From: an uncultured Oscillospiraceae bacterium
GTDB taxonomy: Bacteria; Bacillota; Clostridia; Oscillospirales; Oscillospiraceae
NCBI GenBank assembly: GCA_964428625.1
Contig: CAYRYT010000001.1
Location: 1-37,889, forward strand
Direction: 5' to 3'
Length of the DNA: 37,889 nt
Shown in pieces: positions 25,768 to 34,795 of the stretch (position 1 is its first letter; each line of letters opens with the position of its first letter). The notes beneath the pieces were generated by a model, which saw only the letters and a program-made list of their open reading frames with translations, was not told the DNA's origin and searched no databases. The translations under genes were made by a program, and so were the position numbers.

Positions 25768-26328
25768 TTACACCTCCACCGGGGGGAACCAGCAGCTGTT
25801 GTCCGGGTCATGGAAGGGACAATCCGCCGGATCCTTCCCCCGCTGGCTACACCACTGCCGGAAGGCATGGTCCAGGAAAGGGTACAAGCCCGTCATGCTG
25901 TCCTGAAGCTGGACGGTGCGGCCGTCCCCCATGTGCAGCTCGATGACGATGCTGCCGTAGCTGTTGTAGAGCTGTTGGGCCCGGATCTGACTGAAGCGAT
26001 AGGTCGTACTTCGCTTACCGAAGGTGGTGAGAACAAAGCTGTCCTCGTCGTAGTAGATGCCGAAGGTCATGTAGTAGGTCACAAGGCCCACACCCACCAG
26101 AATCAGCAGGCCGCCACCGGCGCTGAGGACCCAGGTATCCGCCATTCCGGCGAACACGGCGGCAATGCCCACCACCACCAAAATCAGGCCAATGGAGCCG
26201 TAGCGCTTGCTCAGGCGCACCGAAAGGCCGGAGCTGTGCTGGCTCCGCCCCCGGAAGATCCGGGCGAAGCCCCGATCCACCAGATAGCAAAGGCTGAAGG
26301 TCACGGCCACTACCAGAATCATTTCCAT
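25768..26328 (-). CDS. membrane protein with C-terminal PH-like/DUF6560-like domain
   Basis: GGAG RBS before ATG 26328; three TM helices followed by a beta-rich domain; in operon. Confidence 0.75.
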   Translation of the reverse strand: MEMILVVAVTFSLCYLVDRGFARIFRGRSQHSSGLSVRLSKRYGSIGLILVVVGIAAVFAGMADTWVLSAGGGLLILVGVGLVTYYMTFGIYYDEDSFVLTTFGKRSTTYRFSQIRAQQLYNSYGSIVIELHMGDGRTVQLQDSMTGLYPFLDHAFRQWCSQRGKDPADCPFHDPDNSCWFPPVEV

Positions 26329-26344
26329 ATGTCGTTCTCCTGTC

Positions 26345-26878
26345 TTATGCCCACAGAACAAAGTCCACGGGAATATCATGGGGCTGGGTTTCCAGATGGG
26401 GAAGCATCTGGAAATCATAGCAAAGGGCCAGGGTGGGATGGTTCCGCTCCCGGGCCAGGAATTTGTCATAAAAGCCGCCGCCATAGCCGATGCGATGGCC
26501 CTGTGGGTCAAAGGCCAGGCCGGGCATGAGGACCAGGGCCGTCTCGTCCGTGGCCACCGGCCCATCGGCAATGGGCTCGGGGATCCCGGCATAACCCTTC
26601 TCCACGGCATTGAGGTCCCGCAGGAGGATGAACTTCATCTCCTCCCCAAAGACCTTGGGCACCGCCACGGCCTTGCCGTCCCGCAAGGCCCGCTCCAGCA
26701 TGGGCACCGTGCGCACCTCCTGGTTATAGGGCAGATAGCCGTAAATCGTCTTGGCCCGGCGGTAGGCGGGATGGGCGAAGAATTTTCCCCCCAAGATCTG
26801 ACTCTTTTCCTCCACTTCCGCCGGTGTCATGGCCCGTTTCCGATCCCAGATGCTCCGGCGCAGTTCTTGCTTATCCAT
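26345..26878 (-). CDS. ygfA: 5-formyltetrahydrofolate cyclo-ligase
   Basis: KQELRR, GIPEP, MPGLAFD..GHRIGYGGGFYDKFL and HDIPVD motifs. Confidence 0.95.
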   Translation of the reverse strand: MDKQELRRSIWDRKRAMTPAEVEEKSQILGGKFFAHPAYRRAKTIYGYLPYNQEVRTVPMLERALRDGKAVAVPKVFGEEMKFILLRDLNAVEKGYAGIPEPIADGPVATDETALVLMPGLAFDPQGHRIGYGGGFYDKFLARERNHPTLALCYDFQMLPHLETQPHDIPVDFVLWA

Positions 26879-27524
26879 CGATCTGTTCCTCCTCTCCTAT
26901 GTTCCGGAACAGCCGGAACCAAAGCAGCACGGCAATCTGGCCGGGGATCCCCAGCAGGAACACCCGCCACACATTTACCCGGCAGAAGGCCCACAGAGAA
27001 ATAAAAATGCTCATCAGACTGCCCCACACAATGGTGGAGATCAGCATCCGGTTCCACCGGAAATCATGCCAGGCCGAGCGCAGGCTCAGGGACACGATGG
27101 CGTTCACCGGCACGGCATAGAAGAAGGCCACCCAGCTGTTGGGCAGTTCCAGGCTGGACAGCACCACATACACCAGCAGGGCAATGGACCAGACCAGGGT
27201 CGTGGTCAGGGCCAGGATGACTTTCTTGTTTGCCTTGCGCTTCAGGCGCTTCTCCACCACCTTGGTCACAACCTGCTGCACAGCCCCCTTCTCCTCCGGC
27301 AGGGCATTGGGGTCGGTCATCAGGTCATTGACGGTGATCCCCAGACACTGGGCCAGCGCCGCCAGTGTCATCACATCGGGCACGGACTCCCCCCGCTCCC
27401 ATTTGGAAACGGCCTTGTCGGAATAGTTCAATTGTTCCGCCAGGCCCACCTGGGTCAGGCCGGCCCGCTTGCGGTAGGACGCGATATTCGCGCCGATGTA
27501 TTGTCTCAGCTTTGCTTCATCCAT
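26871..27524 (-). CDS. XRE-family HTH regulator with C-terminal TM segments
   Basis: GLTQ..LAEQLNYSDKAVSKWERGES.PD followed by about four hydrophobic helices. Confidence 0.9.
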   Translation of the reverse strand: MDEAKLRQYIGANIASYRKRAGLTQVGLAEQLNYSDKAVSKWERGESVPDVMTLAALAQCLGITVNDLMTDPNALPEEKGAVQQVVTKVVEKRLKRKANKKVILALTTTLVWSIALLVYVVLSSLELPNSWVAFFYAVPVNAIVSLSLRSAWHDFRWNRMLISTIVWGSLMSIFISLWAFCRVNVWRVFLLGIPGQIAVLLWFRLFRNIGEEEQIDG

Positions 27525-27612
27525 GGGGTCTCCTCCAGCGTATAGTTGTGTTTATTTTACCAAAGAATCCGGCGCTTTTCAACACCCAATGTCCCCGCTT
27601 CCAGGAAATATG

Positions 27613-27671
27613 GCAAAAAAGGCCCCTGTTTTGCAAAAAAGGCCCCTGTTTTGCAAAACAGGGGCCTTTTT
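27613..27671. repeat. 20-bp tandem duplication overlapping a perfect 36-bp palindrome (terminator-like)
   Basis: GCAAAAAAGGCCCCTGTTTT twice (27613-27652); AAAAAGGCCCCTGTTTTG|CAAAACAGGGGCCTTTTT (27636-27671). Confidence 0.9.
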
Positions 27672-27691
27672 GGGGGTATGGATGGATGAGT

Positions 27692-28105
27692 TCAGTCCTC
27701 GTGGAACAATTCCTGCTGGCAATACTTGATGATGGCGCGGCGGGTGATGATACCGATGAACGCATCCTTATCGTCCACCACAGGGACGAAATTCTGGCTG
27801 GTGGCCCGCTCCACCAGGTCGTGCATGGAAGTGGTGACCCGCACCGGCACATTGTCCTTCCGCCGGGAGATCTCCATGACCCGCCGGGCTTCGGCCTGGC
27901 GCATATCCATGTAGCACATATTTTTCATGGCCCACAGCAGGTCACCCTCTGTCAGGGTTCCCCGATACTCTCCTCTGCGGTTCAGGATCGGAAGGCCGGC
28001 ATAGCCCGCCGATTCCATTTTCTCCAGGGCCTGTCGAATGGTGTAGTCGTCATATAAGAAGGCGCACATTGCCTTCGGTGTCAGAAAAAATAAGATATTA
28101 TTCAT
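27692..28105 (-). CDS. stand-alone tandem CBS-domain protein (YkuL/DarB/CbpB-like)
   Basis: TIRQALEKM...Y..LPIL...G.Y.GTLTEGD and FVPVVDD...FIGIITRR motifs; AAGGAG RBS. Confidence 0.88.
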   Translation of the reverse strand: MNNILFFLTPKAMCAFLYDDYTIRQALEKMESAGYAGLPILNRRGEYRGTLTEGDLLWAMKNMCYMDMRQAEARRVMEISRRKDNVPVRVTTSMHDLVERATSQNFVPVVDDKDAFIGIITRRAIIKYCQQELFHED

Positions 28106-28187
28106 GGCAGCTCCTTTTCCGGGCGGTCATCTCTGCCACCCATAACATTATAGCACAAATCCCAGGAAACAGCATGAAAATAATTTG

Positions 28188-28228
28188 AAAACGGCTCGTT
28201 TCTCCGCCGAAAAAACGAGCCGTTTTTT
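28188..28228. terminator. terminator after lysA
   Basis: AAAACGGCTCGTTT...AAACGAGCCGTTTT. Confidence 0.85.
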
Positions 28229-28244
28229 GTGCACAACGCCTAAA

Positions 28245-29513
28245 TTATGTACGGAATTCGAACGGCGTCATGTCGAATGTTGCAAAATAATCATTGGGAG
28301 TCTCCGCCCGGCGGATCATCTGGAAGGATCCATCGGGGTGGAGCAGCACCTCCGCGGAGCGGAGCTTGCCATTGTAGTTGTAACCCATGGCGAAGCCGTG
28401 GGCACCGGTATCGTGGATGGCCACCATGTCCCCGATCTCAATGGCGGGGAGGCTGCGCTCCACGGCGAACTTGTCGTTGTTCTCGCACAGGCCACCGGTG
28501 ACATCGTACACATGGTCCAGGATGGCATCCTCCTTGCCCAGGACGGTGATGTGGTGGTAAGCGCCGTACATAGCGGGGCGCATCAGGTTGGCAGCACAGG
28601 CATCCAGGCCCACATACTCCCGGTAGATATGCTTCTGGTGAAGCACCGTGGCAATGAGATGGCCATAGGGTGCCAGCATAAACCGGCCCAGCTCCGTAAA
28701 GATCGCCACATCATCCATCCCCACGGGGGTCAGGATAGCCTCGTACTTCTGGCGCACGCCCTCACCGATGGCGGCAATGTCGCACTTGGGCTGCTCCGGC
28801 CGGTAATCCACGCCCACGCCGCCGGAGAGGTTGACGAAGGCAATGTGGGCGCCGGTGGCATTGTGCAGCCGCACCGCCAGACGGAACAGGATGGCCGCCA
28901 GCTCGGGATAGTAGCCGTTCTGTGTGGTGTTGGAGGCCAGGAAGGCATGGATGCCAAAGTGCTTCACCCCCAGCTTCTGGAGGCGGTTGATGGCACCGGC
29001 CATCTGGTCCTCGGTCATGCCGTACTTGGCATCCCCGGGCATATCCATGATGGTATTGCCCAGGCTGAAGGATCCGCCGGGATTGTAGCGCAGGCACACG
29101 GTATCGGGCATATTCCCCCGGGCCATCCGCTCCAGGAACTCCACATGGGTCGCGTCGTCCAGGTTGATGTAGGCCCCCAGCTCCAGGGCCTTCTCCATAT
29201 CCTGCTGAGGGGTCACATTGGAGGAGAACATGATCTCCCGGCCGGTGATCCCGGCAGCCTCGGACATGACCAGCTCCGTATAGCTGGAGCAGTCGCAGCC
29301 GCAGCCCTCCTGATGGAGGATGTCCAGAATGTAGGGGTTGGGAGTCGCCTTCACGGCAAAATACTCCCGGAAGCCCTTGTTCCAGGCAAAGGCCCGGTTC
29401 AGCTCCCGGGCGTTGGCCCGGATGCCGGCCTCGTCATAGATATGGAAGGGGGTGGGGATCTGTGCAGCGATTTCCCTGGCCTTGTCCAGGGTCACAAAGG
29501 GTGTTTTTTTCAT
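28245..29513 (-). CDS. lysA: diaminopimelate decarboxylase
   Basis: TPFHIYDE, FAVKATPN (PLP Lys), KYG, NLSGG.G, ELGRF, GGLCENND and GAHGFAMGYNYN motifs; lysine riboswitch upstream. Confidence 0.95.
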   Translation of the reverse strand: MKKTPFVTLDKAREIAAQIPTPFHIYDEAGIRANARELNRAFAWNKGFREYFAVKATPNPYILDILHQEGCGCDCSSYTELVMSEAAGITGREIMFSSNVTPQQDMEKALELGAYINLDDATHVEFLERMARGNMPDTVCLRYNPGGSFSLGNTIMDMPGDAKYGMTEDQMAGAINRLQKLGVKHFGIHAFLASNTTQNGYYPELAAILFRLAVRLHNATGAHIAFVNLSGGVGVDYRPEQPKCDIAAIGEGVRQKYEAILTPVGMDDVAIFTELGRFMLAPYGHLIATVLHQKHIYREYVGLDACAANLMRPAMYGAYHHITVLGKEDAILDHVYDVTGGLCENNDKFAVERSLPAIEIGDMVAIHDTGAHGFAMGYNYNGKLRSAEVLLHPDGSFQMIRRAETPNDYFATFDMTPFEFRT

Positions 29514-29546
29514 AAGAAGCCTCTTTCGGTAATCAAAAAATGTGAT

Positions 29547-29579
29547 AAAAATAGCCCTGCGCCAAAATGAGCGCAGGGC
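29547..29579 (-). terminator. lysine riboswitch attenuator
   Basis: Minus strand GCCCTGCGC-tcattttg-GCGCAGGGC-TATTTTT. Confidence 0.85.
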
Positions 29580-29598
29580 GAATGTTGCCAATTCGTCC

Positions 29599-29766
29599 CC
29601 AAAACAGCGCTCCATCGAAACTCGATGACAGTCCCACGCATATTCTGCGGGGGACCAGGAAAATCTTCCTTGGCAGAAAGAAGCTCCTTCGGCGGCGTGC
29701 CCTTTCCCGCTCCGGCAATTGCCTGATCCGAAGCGATACTCTTGCAAACCGCGACCTCAGTCTTGG
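29599..29766 (-). ncRNA. lysine riboswitch (L-box)
   Basis: Minus strand GAGGTCGCG...AGAGTA...GGGAAAGGG...CGCCGAA...CTGGTCC...AATA...GGACTGTCA...TGGAGCGCT. P1 CCAAGAC/GTTTTGG. TTGACA-17-TAAAAT promoter at 29806-29778. Confidence 0.93.
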
Positions 29767-29942
29767 TACATCATTAGATTTTATACGATAGAATACCGTT
29801 TGTCAATATCTTTTCCCACTCTACCCAGAGTAGAATGGTGAAAATTTTTCAGTAGAGAAAAAATTCCCCAGGGAGGTACCATTTTTCCGTCCCCTGTGGT
29901 ATAATCCCCTCATCGATTTTACCACGGAAGGCGGAATGCTTT

Positions 29943-30617
29943 ATGAAACGAACCAAATTGCGGGACCGGATCCTGCCCAACTACACCCTGGGACAGGAGA
30001 TTGCCAACATGGTCACCCACATCATCGGCGGTGCCCTGGGTGTCGCTGCCCTGGTGCTGTGCATCGTCCAGGCCGCTGTCAACGGAGGCGATGCCCTGGA
30101 TATTCTGGGGGTGATCTTTTACGGCGTATCCCTCATCGCCCTGTACACCATTTCCAGTGTCTACCATGGTCTGCGTCCCGGAACGGGCAAAAAGGTTCTG
30201 CAGGTCATCGACCACTGCACCATCTATCTGCTGATCCTGGGCTGCTACACCCCGATCCTTCTCAGTGCCCTGCGGCCCAACCACCCCTGGATTTGCTGGG
30301 GCCTGATGATTGCCGAATGGGCCTTGGCCGCCCTGGCCATTACCCTGACGGCCATTGATCTGAAGAAATACCGGGTACTGTCCATGACCTGCTACATCGG
30401 CATGGGCTGGGGCATCATTTTCTTCTGGCGCCAGACCCTGGAGGCCCTGGGTACCACAGGCTTTGGTCTGCTTCTGGCAGGCGGTATTGCCTACACCGTC
30501 GGTGCCATTCTCTACGGCATCGGATCCCGGAAGCCCTGGATGCACGCGGTCTTCCATGTCTTTGTGGTTCTTGGCAGCGTGTTCCAGTTCTTCGCCATCT
30601 ACTGCTACGCACTGTAA
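29943..30617 (+). CDS. hemolysin III / PAQR family membrane protein
   Basis: EIANMVTH, SSVYH, DHCTIYLLI.G.YTP, YIGMGW, GGIAYTVG and HAVFHVFV motifs. Confidence 0.93.
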   Translation: MKRTKLRDRILPNYTLGQEIANMVTHIIGGALGVAALVLCIVQAAVNGGDALDILGVIFYGVSLIALYTISSVYHGLRPGTGKKVLQVIDHCTIYLLILGCYTPILLSALRPNHPWICWGLMIAEWALAALAITLTAIDLKKYRVLSMTCYIGMGWGIIFFWRQTLEALGTTGFGLLLAGGIAYTVGAILYGIGSRKPWMHAVFHVFVVLGSVFQFFAIYCYAL

Positions 30618-30628
30618 CTGCCATCCAA

Positions 30629-30666
30629 AACAGGGGAGCGTATCGAAACCGATACGCTCCCCTGTT
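30629..30666. terminator. bidirectional terminator / REP-like palindrome
   Basis: AACAGGGGAGCGTATCG-aaac-CGATACGCTCCCCTGTT between convergent genes. Confidence 0.85.
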
Positions 30667-30696
30667 CGCTGCCTTCCGCGCCTCCCCAGGCCATTC

Positions 30697-30984
30697 TCAC
30701 TCCAGCACATGCTCCAGACCCATTTGCAAAATGGTCAGCACATGGTCATCCGCCAGGGAGTAGAGAAGGTTCTTCCCCTCCCGGCTGAACTTCACCAGAT
30801 GCATCTGCTTGAGGATCCGCAGCTGGTGGGACACGGCGCTCTGACTCAGCTGCACCGCCTCGGTGATCTGACTGACGCACTGCTCTCCCTCCACCAGGGT
30901 GGAAAGGATCTGCACCCGGGTGGGATCGGCGAAGGCCTTAAACAGCTCCGCAATTTGTTCAATTGTCTCCTTTGTCGGAACCAT
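30697..30984 (-). CDS. ArsR/SmtB family metal-sensing repressor (CzrA/SmtB-like)
   Basis: FKAFADPTR, SQSAVSHQLRIL and alpha5 site DDH-x10-HxxE. Confidence 0.92.
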   Translation of the reverse strand: MVPTKETIEQIAELFKAFADPTRVQILSTLVEGEQCVSQITEAVQLSQSAVSHQLRILKQMHLVKFSREGKNLLYSLADDHVLTILQMGLEHVLE

Positions 30985-31059
30985 CCACTCGCCCCCTGGG
31001 GTATTTTCCCTTATTTTAGCCCAGATTTCGAAAAAATGCAACTGCAAATTCCCTCTGGC

Positions 31060-31093
31060 AAAAAAACCGCACTTGCATACACAAGCGCGGTTT
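31060..31093 (-). terminator. tRNA-Gly terminator
   Basis: AAACCGC.CTTG...CAAG.GCGGTTT stem with T-run on the minus strand. Confidence 0.7.
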
Positions 31094-31100
31094 CAATTCA

Positions 31101-31176
31101 TGGAGCGGGTGACGAGGCTCGAACTCGCTACCTCCACCTTGGCAAGGTGGCGCTCTACCGGATGAGCTACACCCGC
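31101..31176 (-). tRNA. tRNA-Gly(GCC)
   Basis: 76-nt cloverleaf GCGGGTG...CACCCGC-TCCA; anticodon loop TT-GCC-AA; TTGACA-16-TATAAT promoter at 31225-31198. Confidence 0.97.
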
Positions 31177-31285
31177 ATCTCCTGCGGAACGTTGTTCATT
31201 ATACCAGAATATTTCAAAATGTCAAGGGCTTTTTTCAAATATTTTTCTTTTTTTCACCCCCGCTTTTGCGGGGGTGAAAAACCGC

Positions 31286-32326
31286 TTATTTGCCCAGGAC
31301 TTCCGCCAGAATCTCCTGGGTATCCGCCCCAAAGAGGGGGCCATTGTTCAGCTGGTGAAAATCCAGCTGTCCGAAATACAGATTCGCCTCGATGAGCAGC
31401 GGCTCCCCCGTCTCCGTCACGGAGAAGTCCCAGGATACCAGCCGGAAATGGGGCACCTGGACATGGAGCTTCTCCACAGCCGCCACACAGTCCGCATATC
31501 CCGGAATGGCATGCCCCGCAAACACCAGACCCGTATCCGGGTGCTGGGTGAAGCGTTCTCCGGCGGTATTATAGGCGTAGGTCTTCAGCTTCCCCTCCGG
31601 AGTAATGCCGCAGGTGATGCCGCCACTGCTGGCGTTGTCCACCCGGGCACCTCCCTGACCGATGCGCAGAATACCGGAGTATACCTTCACCTGCCCCTGG
31701 CGCAGCAGGGAGATCAGCCGGATGGTATTGACAGAACTGGCATTCACCGCCGCCAGCTGGGGATGCTGGCGAATGGGCCGCTGGATCACGATGTCGTGAC
31801 GGATCCGCCCCTCCACCTGATCGAACTGATCTCCGGGCAGGAAGAACACACCCTTGCCGCCCTCCGAACCCATAGCCATCTTCACCACGATCTCCGGTTC
31901 TTTGGCCAGCAGGGCCCCCAGTGCCTCCCGGGAAATGGGCGCATAATCCCCGGTGAACCACATTCCGCCCACCCGGGCAGCCAGCTCCTCCGGCTGACGC
32001 ACACCCTGGAACATCCGGCGGTAGTAGCACTTGTTGTCCAGGTAGGTACCCTCATGCCAGTCGTTGAAATGGGGGTCGATTCGGCAGTAGTACAGATCCT
32101 CCGGCAGATAATCCACCCGGAATTCCCCGGTTTTCTGGAAGTAGAAATTGTGGAACCAGGTATCCACCTTGCCGTAGGGGCGGTAGAATGCCTGGATCTG
32201 TTCCTCCTGCTCCCGGGTCAACACATATTTCGGAGCCAGGGACCGGATTCGGTGGCGGAAATAGCGTCTGCGCCGCCGGATCAGAATTCTGTCCCGCAGG
32301 GCACGAAAGGCGGTAGTCAGTGACAT
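31286..32326 (-). CDS. sugar-transfer-associated ATP-grasp family protein
   Basis: DNKCYY, VVK...GSEGGKGV, IQ..IRQHP.L...N.SSVNTIR, VDN.SSGG, SWDF and LIEAN motifs. Confidence 0.85.
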   Translation of the reverse strand: MSLTTAFRALRDRILIRRRRRYFRHRIRSLAPKYVLTREQEEQIQAFYRPYGKVDTWFHNFYFQKTGEFRVDYLPEDLYYCRIDPHFNDWHEGTYLDNKCYYRRMFQGVRQPEELAARVGGMWFTGDYAPISREALGALLAKEPEIVVKMAMGSEGGKGVFFLPGDQFDQVEGRIRHDIVIQRPIRQHPQLAAVNASSVNTIRLISLLRQGQVKVYSGILRIGQGGARVDNASSGGITCGITPEGKLKTYAYNTAGERFTQHPDTGLVFAGHAIPGYADCVAAVEKLHVQVPHFRLVSWDFSVTETGEPLLIEANLYFGQLDFHQLNNGPLFGADTQEILAEVLGK

Positions 32327-32359
32327 AGAAAAGCCTCGCTTCTTCGTTGGTTTTCTTTG

Positions 32360-32388
32360 ATTATACCCTCCTCGGGCCGGATTGTCAA
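32360..32388 (-). promoter_or_regulatory. consensus sigma70 promoter for the ATP-grasp gene
   Basis: TTGACA (32388-32383), 17 nt, TATAAT (32365-32360). Confidence 0.8.
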
Positions 32389-32401
32389 TGTCCCTCCGTA
32401 A

Positions 32402-32633
32402 CCCCGCCCCCTTTGCCCCATGGGGTGGGACACCGTGGGGGCCTTGGAGAGGGTTTCCCGGCCTGATTTCAATCCACCCACCCCGTATGGGGTGGGACTT
32501 CTTTTTCCCATAATATACCGCCCCATGGTTGCGATTTCAATCCACCCACCCCGTATGGGGTGGGACATCGGTATCAAACCTCCGTGAAATGCTCATGCTT
32601 ATTTCAATCCACCCACCCCGTATGGGGTGGGAC
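32402..32633 (-). CRISPR. type I-C CRISPR array: 3 identical 33-bp repeats, 1 degenerate trailer repeat, 3 spacers
   Basis: Repeat GTCCCACCCCATACGGGGTGGGTGGATTGAAAT (minus) at 32601-32633, 32534-32566 and 32466-32498. Spacers of 34, 35 and 34 nt (32567-32600, 32499-32533, 32432-32465). Partial repeat ending at 32431. Confidence 0.96.
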
Positions 32634-32804
32634 AGCAAAAGTGTACAAAAAATGCTTGTATCACTTATGCGCTAAGTACAAAAAGTTCGCAATTGGGAGA
32701 ACATATCCCCTTTTGATTGCTTCGGTTTCTTCCAATTATCCCCTACAACGGCCGTTTCCCCGGTGCGAACCGGCCGGGAAAACGGCGGGAGCTTCTGCTT
32801 CGCA
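32634..32804 (-). promoter_or_regulatory. CRISPR leader
   Basis: AT-rich next to the first repeat; lies between cas2 and the array; GTGCGAA / TTCGCA motifs that I associate with I-C leaders. Confidence 0.7.
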
Positions 32805-33095
32805 CTATACCATCAGAATGCCCTCAGGCTCGTAGGTCTGCTTGGTGCCGTAATGCTCAATTTTCGTCTGGTAATGGTTTCCCAAATAGTAAAATCGCAG
32901 GCTGTCCTTGTCCGCATCCATGATTTTCAGAAGTTTATTCTGAAGAACCTTCCATTGGGCCGCATCCAGAACACATTCAAACACGGAATTCTGCACCCGC
33001 TGACCGTGATTGACGCATTGCTTTGCAATTTGCCGCAGGCGCTTTCTCCCCTGGGCATCCTCAGTGTTCACATCGTAGGTAATCAGAACCATCAT
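32805..33095 (-). CDS. cas2: CRISPR-associated endonuclease Cas2
   Basis: VLITYDV, RVQNSVFEC and DSLRFYYLG motifs. Confidence 0.97.
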   Translation of the reverse strand: MMVLITYDVNTEDAQGRKRLRQIAKQCVNHGQRVQNSVFECVLDAAQWKVLQNKLLKIMDADKDSLRFYYLGNHYQTKIEHYGTKQTYEPEGILMV

Positions 33096-33104
33096 ACAGA
33101 TCCC

Positions 33105-34136
33105 TCACTTCCATAAAAACGGCGCATAGGCATCCATATCTTCCCGCAAATAGCGGGCCAGTAACAATGCCTGAATGTAAGGTACCAGCCCCCAGGGAAT
33201 TTTCTCTTCCAGATAGGGATGGGTAATGGTCTCCTGCTTTTTCATCTGCCACTGCCGCAGGAATTTCTGTCGTCCCTGATCGGTCATACGCACAGCCCCG
33301 CTTTCCTCGTGGATGAAATCCTCCGGAGATAATATGCGGTTATTGACAATCGTCAAGACAAAACGGTCTGCCATGCAGGGCCGAAGCTCCTCCATGAGGT
33401 CCAGAGCCAGGGATGTTTGCCCGGGCCGATCCCGGTGGAGAAAGCCGACATAGGAATCCAGGCCCACGCTTTCCAGTGCTGATGCGCAGTCATTGGCAAG
33501 CAAACTGTAGGCAAAGGAAAGCATGGCATTGATATTGTCCAGCGGTGGGCGGCGATTCCGTCCATGGAAGAAGAATTCCTCCTTTTGCCGAAGAAGCATA
33601 TCGTCAAACAGGGCGAAATAACCGGCAGCGGCCGCCCCTTCCAATCCACGCAGGGCCTCGCTGTCTGGGCATTCCAGGATTTGTGGAAGAAGATTCTTCA
33701 AATTCTCCGATGCGGTACGGAATTGCTCCTCATCAATGCGCATTTTGTGATCCCGGCGGGTCCGTTCCAGACTCCACCGTGCGTTGTAAACCTTACCGAA
33801 AATCATATTCCGGGCGATCTGACAGCTTTTCACAGGGTCATCAGCGGCACGATACTGGGTTCGGCGCAGGAACACATTCCCCCTGCTGATACCGGATGTG
33901 CGAGCCAGGAATTTCCCCCGTGGGGAGCAAAATACCAATGCCACATCCCGCTGGGCACAGGCTCCCATAAGCGCCGGGGATGCCCCGGCATAGGAAAAAC
34001 TGATGATCCCTTGCAGGGTATGCAGTGGGAAACGGGCAACCTCTGCTTTTTCCCGATTGACAACCACATTCTCTCCGTCCAAACTGAGCCAGGCATCCTC
34101 CGAAGTTACAAACAGCGTATTGAGCAAATGTCTCAT
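33105..34136 (-). CDS. cas1: type I-C Cas1 integrase
   Basis: LLNTLFVT, LRGLEG.AA..YF, NAMLSFAY, GFLH.DRPG..SLALDLMEELR and YAPFLWK motifs. Confidence 0.97.
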   Translation of the reverse strand: MRHLLNTLFVTSEDAWLSLDGENVVVNREKAEVARFPLHTLQGIISFSYAGASPALMGACAQRDVALVFCSPRGKFLARTSGISRGNVFLRRTQYRAADDPVKSCQIARNMIFGKVYNARWSLERTRRDHKMRIDEEQFRTASENLKNLLPQILECPDSEALRGLEGAAAAGYFALFDDMLLRQKEEFFFHGRNRRPPLDNINAMLSFAYSLLANDCASALESVGLDSYVGFLHRDRPGQTSLALDLMEELRPCMADRFVLTIVNNRILSPEDFIHEESGAVRMTDQGRQKFLRQWQMKKQETITHPYLEEKIPWGLVPYIQALLLARYLREDMDAYAPFLWK

Positions 34137-34795
34137 GGTGCATCCTCCGCACTGGCACGCAGATATTCTGTTACAGACTTTTTCCGACTGAGCTTTGACA
34201 GGCACAGCTCCCGAAGGGAACAGGCGTTGCAGCTTTTGCCGGGTTTGACCTTAGGTGTGTAGCTGCGCCTGTAGAGGTCATGCATTTCCGAGAGCATAGC
34301 GCACAAGCGTTCCCGGAGTTCCGGTGTGAGGGGCACCGCTTCCCGGCGGCGGGTCTCCCCGTAAAAGAGCGCCCCCTCCGGGACTTCACAGCAAAGCATT
34401 TCTTCCAAGCACATGCCCTGGGCACATAGCTGCAATCTGTCCGCATCTGTAAGTTTGGGAGAGCCCCGCTTATATTCCACTGGGTAAGGCTGCCACAGCC
34501 CCTCCCGTCCCGGCAAGGAGATCCCGTTGACGCTTCTGCGGAACTCAACGACATCACAAGCTCCGCTGATCCCTAATGTTGGGGAATGGATCTGCATTCC
34601 CCGGGTAATCCATACATCCCCCCGCTGCTCCCGGCTGTCGCTGTCGTGGGCTTTTTCATGGAGGATATTTCCCTGAACGGTCAGCAGATTCTCCGCCCAC
34701 TGCTGCTCTATGTGGATCAGCGCCCATTGCCGCCGACAGAAGGCAAAATGCTGCACCCCGGATAGCTGGAGAAAATCCTCCTCATTATAGACCAT
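34133..34795 (-). CDS. cas4: Cas4 exonuclease
   Basis: FCRRQWAL, DVVEF, PVEYKRG, QLCAQ and CxxCSLxxxC Fe-S cysteines. Confidence 0.96.
   Translation of the reverse strand: MVYNEEDFLQLSGVQHFAFCRRQWALIHIEQQWAENLLTVQGNILHEKAHDSDSREQRGDVWITRGMQIHSPTLGISGACDVVEFRRSVNGISLPGREGLWQPYPVEYKRGSPKLTDADRLQLCAQGMCLEEMLCCEVPEGALFYGETRRREAVPLTPELRERLCAMLSEMHDLYRRSYTPKVKPGKSCNACSLRELCLSKLSRKKSVTEYLRASAEDAP

Noticed and set aside
29943-30617. Hemolysin as a virulence factor
   Set aside because: HlyIII/PAQR proteins are widespread membrane-homeostasis proteins; the name alone does not support toxicity.
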